Shown here: positions 60,906-64,000 of the stretch, piece after piece | Numbering within the stretch: position 1 is the first letter of the stretch | Layout: each line of letters begins with the position of its first letter | Assembly: GCF_006345805.1 (NCBI RefSeq) | Contig: NC_043002.1 | Coordinates: forward strand, 45,198,001 to 45,262,000 | Direction of reading: 5' to 3' | Source of the DNA: Octopus sinensis | Taxonomy: Eukaryota | Length of the DNA: 64,000 nucleotides | Position numbers and translations under genes: made by a program | Notes under the pieces: model-generated | What the model was told of the DNA's origin: nothing | The model's database searches: none | The model's input: the letters and a program-made list of their open reading frames with translations, nothing else

Positions 60906-63044
60906 TGATATTTTTTTATTATTCAAAATACTTTGATTTTTGGATGGGGTATTGTATTTTCTTTTTCTTTTAAGCAAACTGTCAGATTTAACCCGAACCC
61001 CTTGTAGAACATATCTGCAGCTAATACTGTGTGAGATGACGAATGTAAACAATACGTCTATATATGTTTGTGGACAGAGAGAAGAAGAACAGGTGTTCAC
61101 ACGTTTTAATTCTCCTAATCTTCGTCAGTAATTGTATACCTCTCTAACAATCCAAAAACATATTGTATAGACATACTGTTTCCATCTGTTGCTGACTAAT
61201 AAATACATACAATCACACCGGTAATATAATAAATATGAGTTTTTTAATAAAAGTAAGGTAATTGGAATGTTATAATGTTCACACTTTTCGAAAAGGCATC
61301 AGTGTTGAAGCTTAGTGATTGATGAGTTTTAAATCAGAATTCGAAAACATCTGCTTGTAGACTTTGAAGAGAGACTTCTTAGAAAGATGTTGTCTTGGTA
61401 TTTCGACCCAAAAATTTACCGACCTATTTTGGACGTAATGCCTGAGCTTGAAATAGTTTAGCACCGTCTCTCACTATGCGGCTGCTTTAAATTCATGTGC
61501 TTCGTCCGCTACGTAATAATCACTTTCGTCAAATGGATTTTTCCTAGAATTCCATCAGCTAATCTTCTTAATCTGAAGTTTTGTAGAAAGAAGTATATCA
61601 TTTCTTGGCTATATGACTGATTTCATGAAAATATTCTTAAAAACAAAATTCTCGTTTAGTCACTAATAAGCTGCCCCACTATTACAGAGATGTACTTTCC
61701 TGTTGCCTATATCTCTTCAACCCTGGAGATCTAACTTCTTAATACACACCAGTACGAGTAGGCGTATGGTCAAATGTGTTCAAGTTCTGACCAACCATCC
61801 CTTTGCATGTCAGGGACTACATTATTCAATGTGTCTTTTCCGTATTAAGACGAGATATAATTTGAAAGAGATTCAGTTAGTGTTTCTGGCAGTGTAGAGT
61901 CATGTAGAAGCTCCTTTATTGGATTAGTGTGACAAGATTGTATAGAAAGACGAGTAAGTATAATTTCTAATGTATAACATTTGCCTTCTTTTAGCGTTAG
62001 TATATTTTAAGATTTCACTCAATTTGAATAAATTGTTATATAGTCCAAAATGTAAATTTATTTTCCTAATTCAATAAACGAATAAACCATATTTTCTACA
62101 TATACATAATTGCTTTATAAATTAACTTACACATCTTGAGTATGTTCATTCTTTATAGACGAAGAAATATTGTAATTTCTGCTTCTATTTCAATCCGTAC
62201 TTTTTGTTGCTATTGATTCTTCCTACAAGTAAGAGACTGCTTATATTCTGTTGTAAAACTTTAGCAAGAAGAATAACTTGCAACTTTTGGTTGTAATATC
62301 TAATTACAATTTGTGACTCAGCAATTTTCTATATTGACAATACTATTTCTTTCCTATATCAATAACCTCTGACTGGAATAAATCCTGTTTGACCAATTAT
62401 ATCAGTGCTCGCTTGTATATAATAACTAATGAAACAACTATAACAGAATGAATTGATATTCATGACCATAACGACATCATCATGGAAAATAACAAACATA
62501 AAATAAGAGGCAATAATAGCCAGCCGCTCATTTGAAATTACAGAAACTATGCAAGACTAAAAACTATAAATAGGCAAGGAATGTTAATAACAAGAATAGG
62601 AAATTTGAAGTTTGACTATCTAGACTATGTAAAGCTACGGAGTCAGCTTTACAGAGAGTTAAAAATATTACAATGACGTATATATTCATTCTTAATATAT
62701 TCTGGCAGATTTTAACATAATTATTCAAATCGTTGTTGTATGTAGTATTCAGGGAACAACTTCTCCTTTCAGACGTTGTGTGTCCATAATACACTTGATT
62801 CATTGACATAACGGGACCTTGAAGACACCGGCGTTTTGACATGGTTATGTCTCTTCAGTCGAAGTTTTCCTTGGATCAATGAAACTAAACAAAAATGGTG
62901 GTTCCTGCTTATACAATTTAGCAAGCAAATTATTTGCGGATACATCTTGACGTCTTCCAAACCGATATCAAATTATCATATGCACGGAGAACCTGGAGAA
63001 TCAAAACGATGATGTACATATTTATTCTTAATGTTCCGGCATAT

Positions 63045-63175
63045 TATAAGGCGGAGAGCTGGCAGAATCGTTACCGCGCTGGAAAAAATGCTCAACGACA
63101 TGTCTTCCATCCTTACGTTCAGAGTTCAAATGCGGCCGAGGTCGACTTTAATTTTCATCCGTTCGGGGTCAATGA
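63045..63175 (+). mobile_element. Truncated base-type SINE
   Basis: AAGGCGGAGAGCTGGCAGAATCGTTACC...GAGTTCAAATGCGGCCGAGGTCGACTTT. Confidence 0.75.
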
Positions 63176-63484
63176 CATATATCATTCTTGATATGATATA
63201 TTTAAATAAATCTCATATACTCATTAACAAAGTGAAGATTCATCAGAAAAAACATCTAGCCACAATTTTATGGCAAATGTTTGGATATATAAATCAAAAG
63301 TCTTGTAGAAACGACCAGTATTGTATAAGGAGGTTTCAGTTTATATTTGATCATAGCTGACAGGTCAAGAACTAACATATTTTAGCAATCTAGATTAAGA
63401 AGATTTATGATGCAATTTTTAACTCAAATGTTCGGAAATTAGTAGAAATTTCACCTTTTTTATCATAGATTTGCGTATGTATAT

Positions 63485-63680
63485 GTGTGCCACATCACTT
63501 CATCTTACCCTGCTCTCTTTAATATCATATCAAGACACTTAAGAGAAGAAAAAAATCTTATAACATTCAAACGGTTCTTGGATGAACATCTCAAACACAT
63601 TCCAGATAAATCATCTACATTCGGATATATTTCTGCAAAGAATGACTCTTTACTGAAATGGACTATGGTAACCAAATATG
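63485..63680 (+). mobile_element. CR1-like LINE 3' coding end relic
   Basis: PALFNII...LITFKRFLDEHLKHIPD...NDSLLKW resembles the C-terminus of CR1/L2-group ORF2. Confidence 0.5.
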
Positions 63681-63812
63681 AAACATCATAAACCTTCTTT
63701 TCCGGATGACTTAGGCCAATTCCGGTCGAAACTTATCTTAGTATATATATGTGTGTGTGTGTGTGCATGTATGTGTGTATACATACATATATATATGTAT
63801 AAATATATATAC

Positions 63813-63969
63813 ACGACGGGATTCTGTCACCAAATTCACTCACAAGACTTTGGTTGGCCCGAGGCTGTAGTAATAGATGACACTTGCCCAAGTTGCCACT
63901 CAATGGGACTGAACCCAGAGCCATATGGTTAGTAAGCAAGCTACTTACCACACAGCCACTCCTGCGCCT
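63813..63969 (-). mobile_element. Third-family SINE
   Basis: Homologous to 34918-35070. Confidence 0.8.
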
Positions 63970-64000
63970 ATATATATATATAATATATATATAATATATA

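Overview
AT-rich, microsatellite-dense eukaryotic non-genic DNA. The SINE and repeat content matches what I recognise as octopus-type (inference). I can support no intact host gene. The highlight is 2503-18863: one ~0.2 kb tRNA-derived SINE, still bounded by its own 17-bp TSD, has been inflated to ~16.3 kb by six nested, same-orientation (minus-strand) insertions at two fixed sites 27 bp apart in its head. Site A (GTATTTCG) holds a SINE unit with a LINE-type tail and a full-length 5.3 kb Tx1-like (L1 clade) non-LTR retrotransposon, called F1 here. Site B (AGAAACG) holds a second, different full-length Tx1-like element (F2) plus three 1.75 kb ORF1-only elements (NA1-3), each separated by the 7-bp duplication. 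All four element classes share a ~30-nt 3' terminus (GCCCC..GTGGGYAATAAAGAAAT) with no poly(A), and the tail subtype tracks the target site. The same site-A nesting of tailed SINEs recurs independently at 27.6-28.5 kb and 38.5-38.9 kb. Together this looks like a SINE-targeting Tx1 system with two autonomous drivers and two kinds of passenger. The rest of the window holds other SINE families, mariner-type MITEs, a 718-bp foldback element with telomeric repeats in its arms, Penelope relics with hammerhead-like motifs, a decayed HERO/R2-superfamily element, a maT-like transposase fragment, CR1-like relics and a 343-bp tandem duplication. Many frameshifts fall in homopolymers and may be long-read errors.
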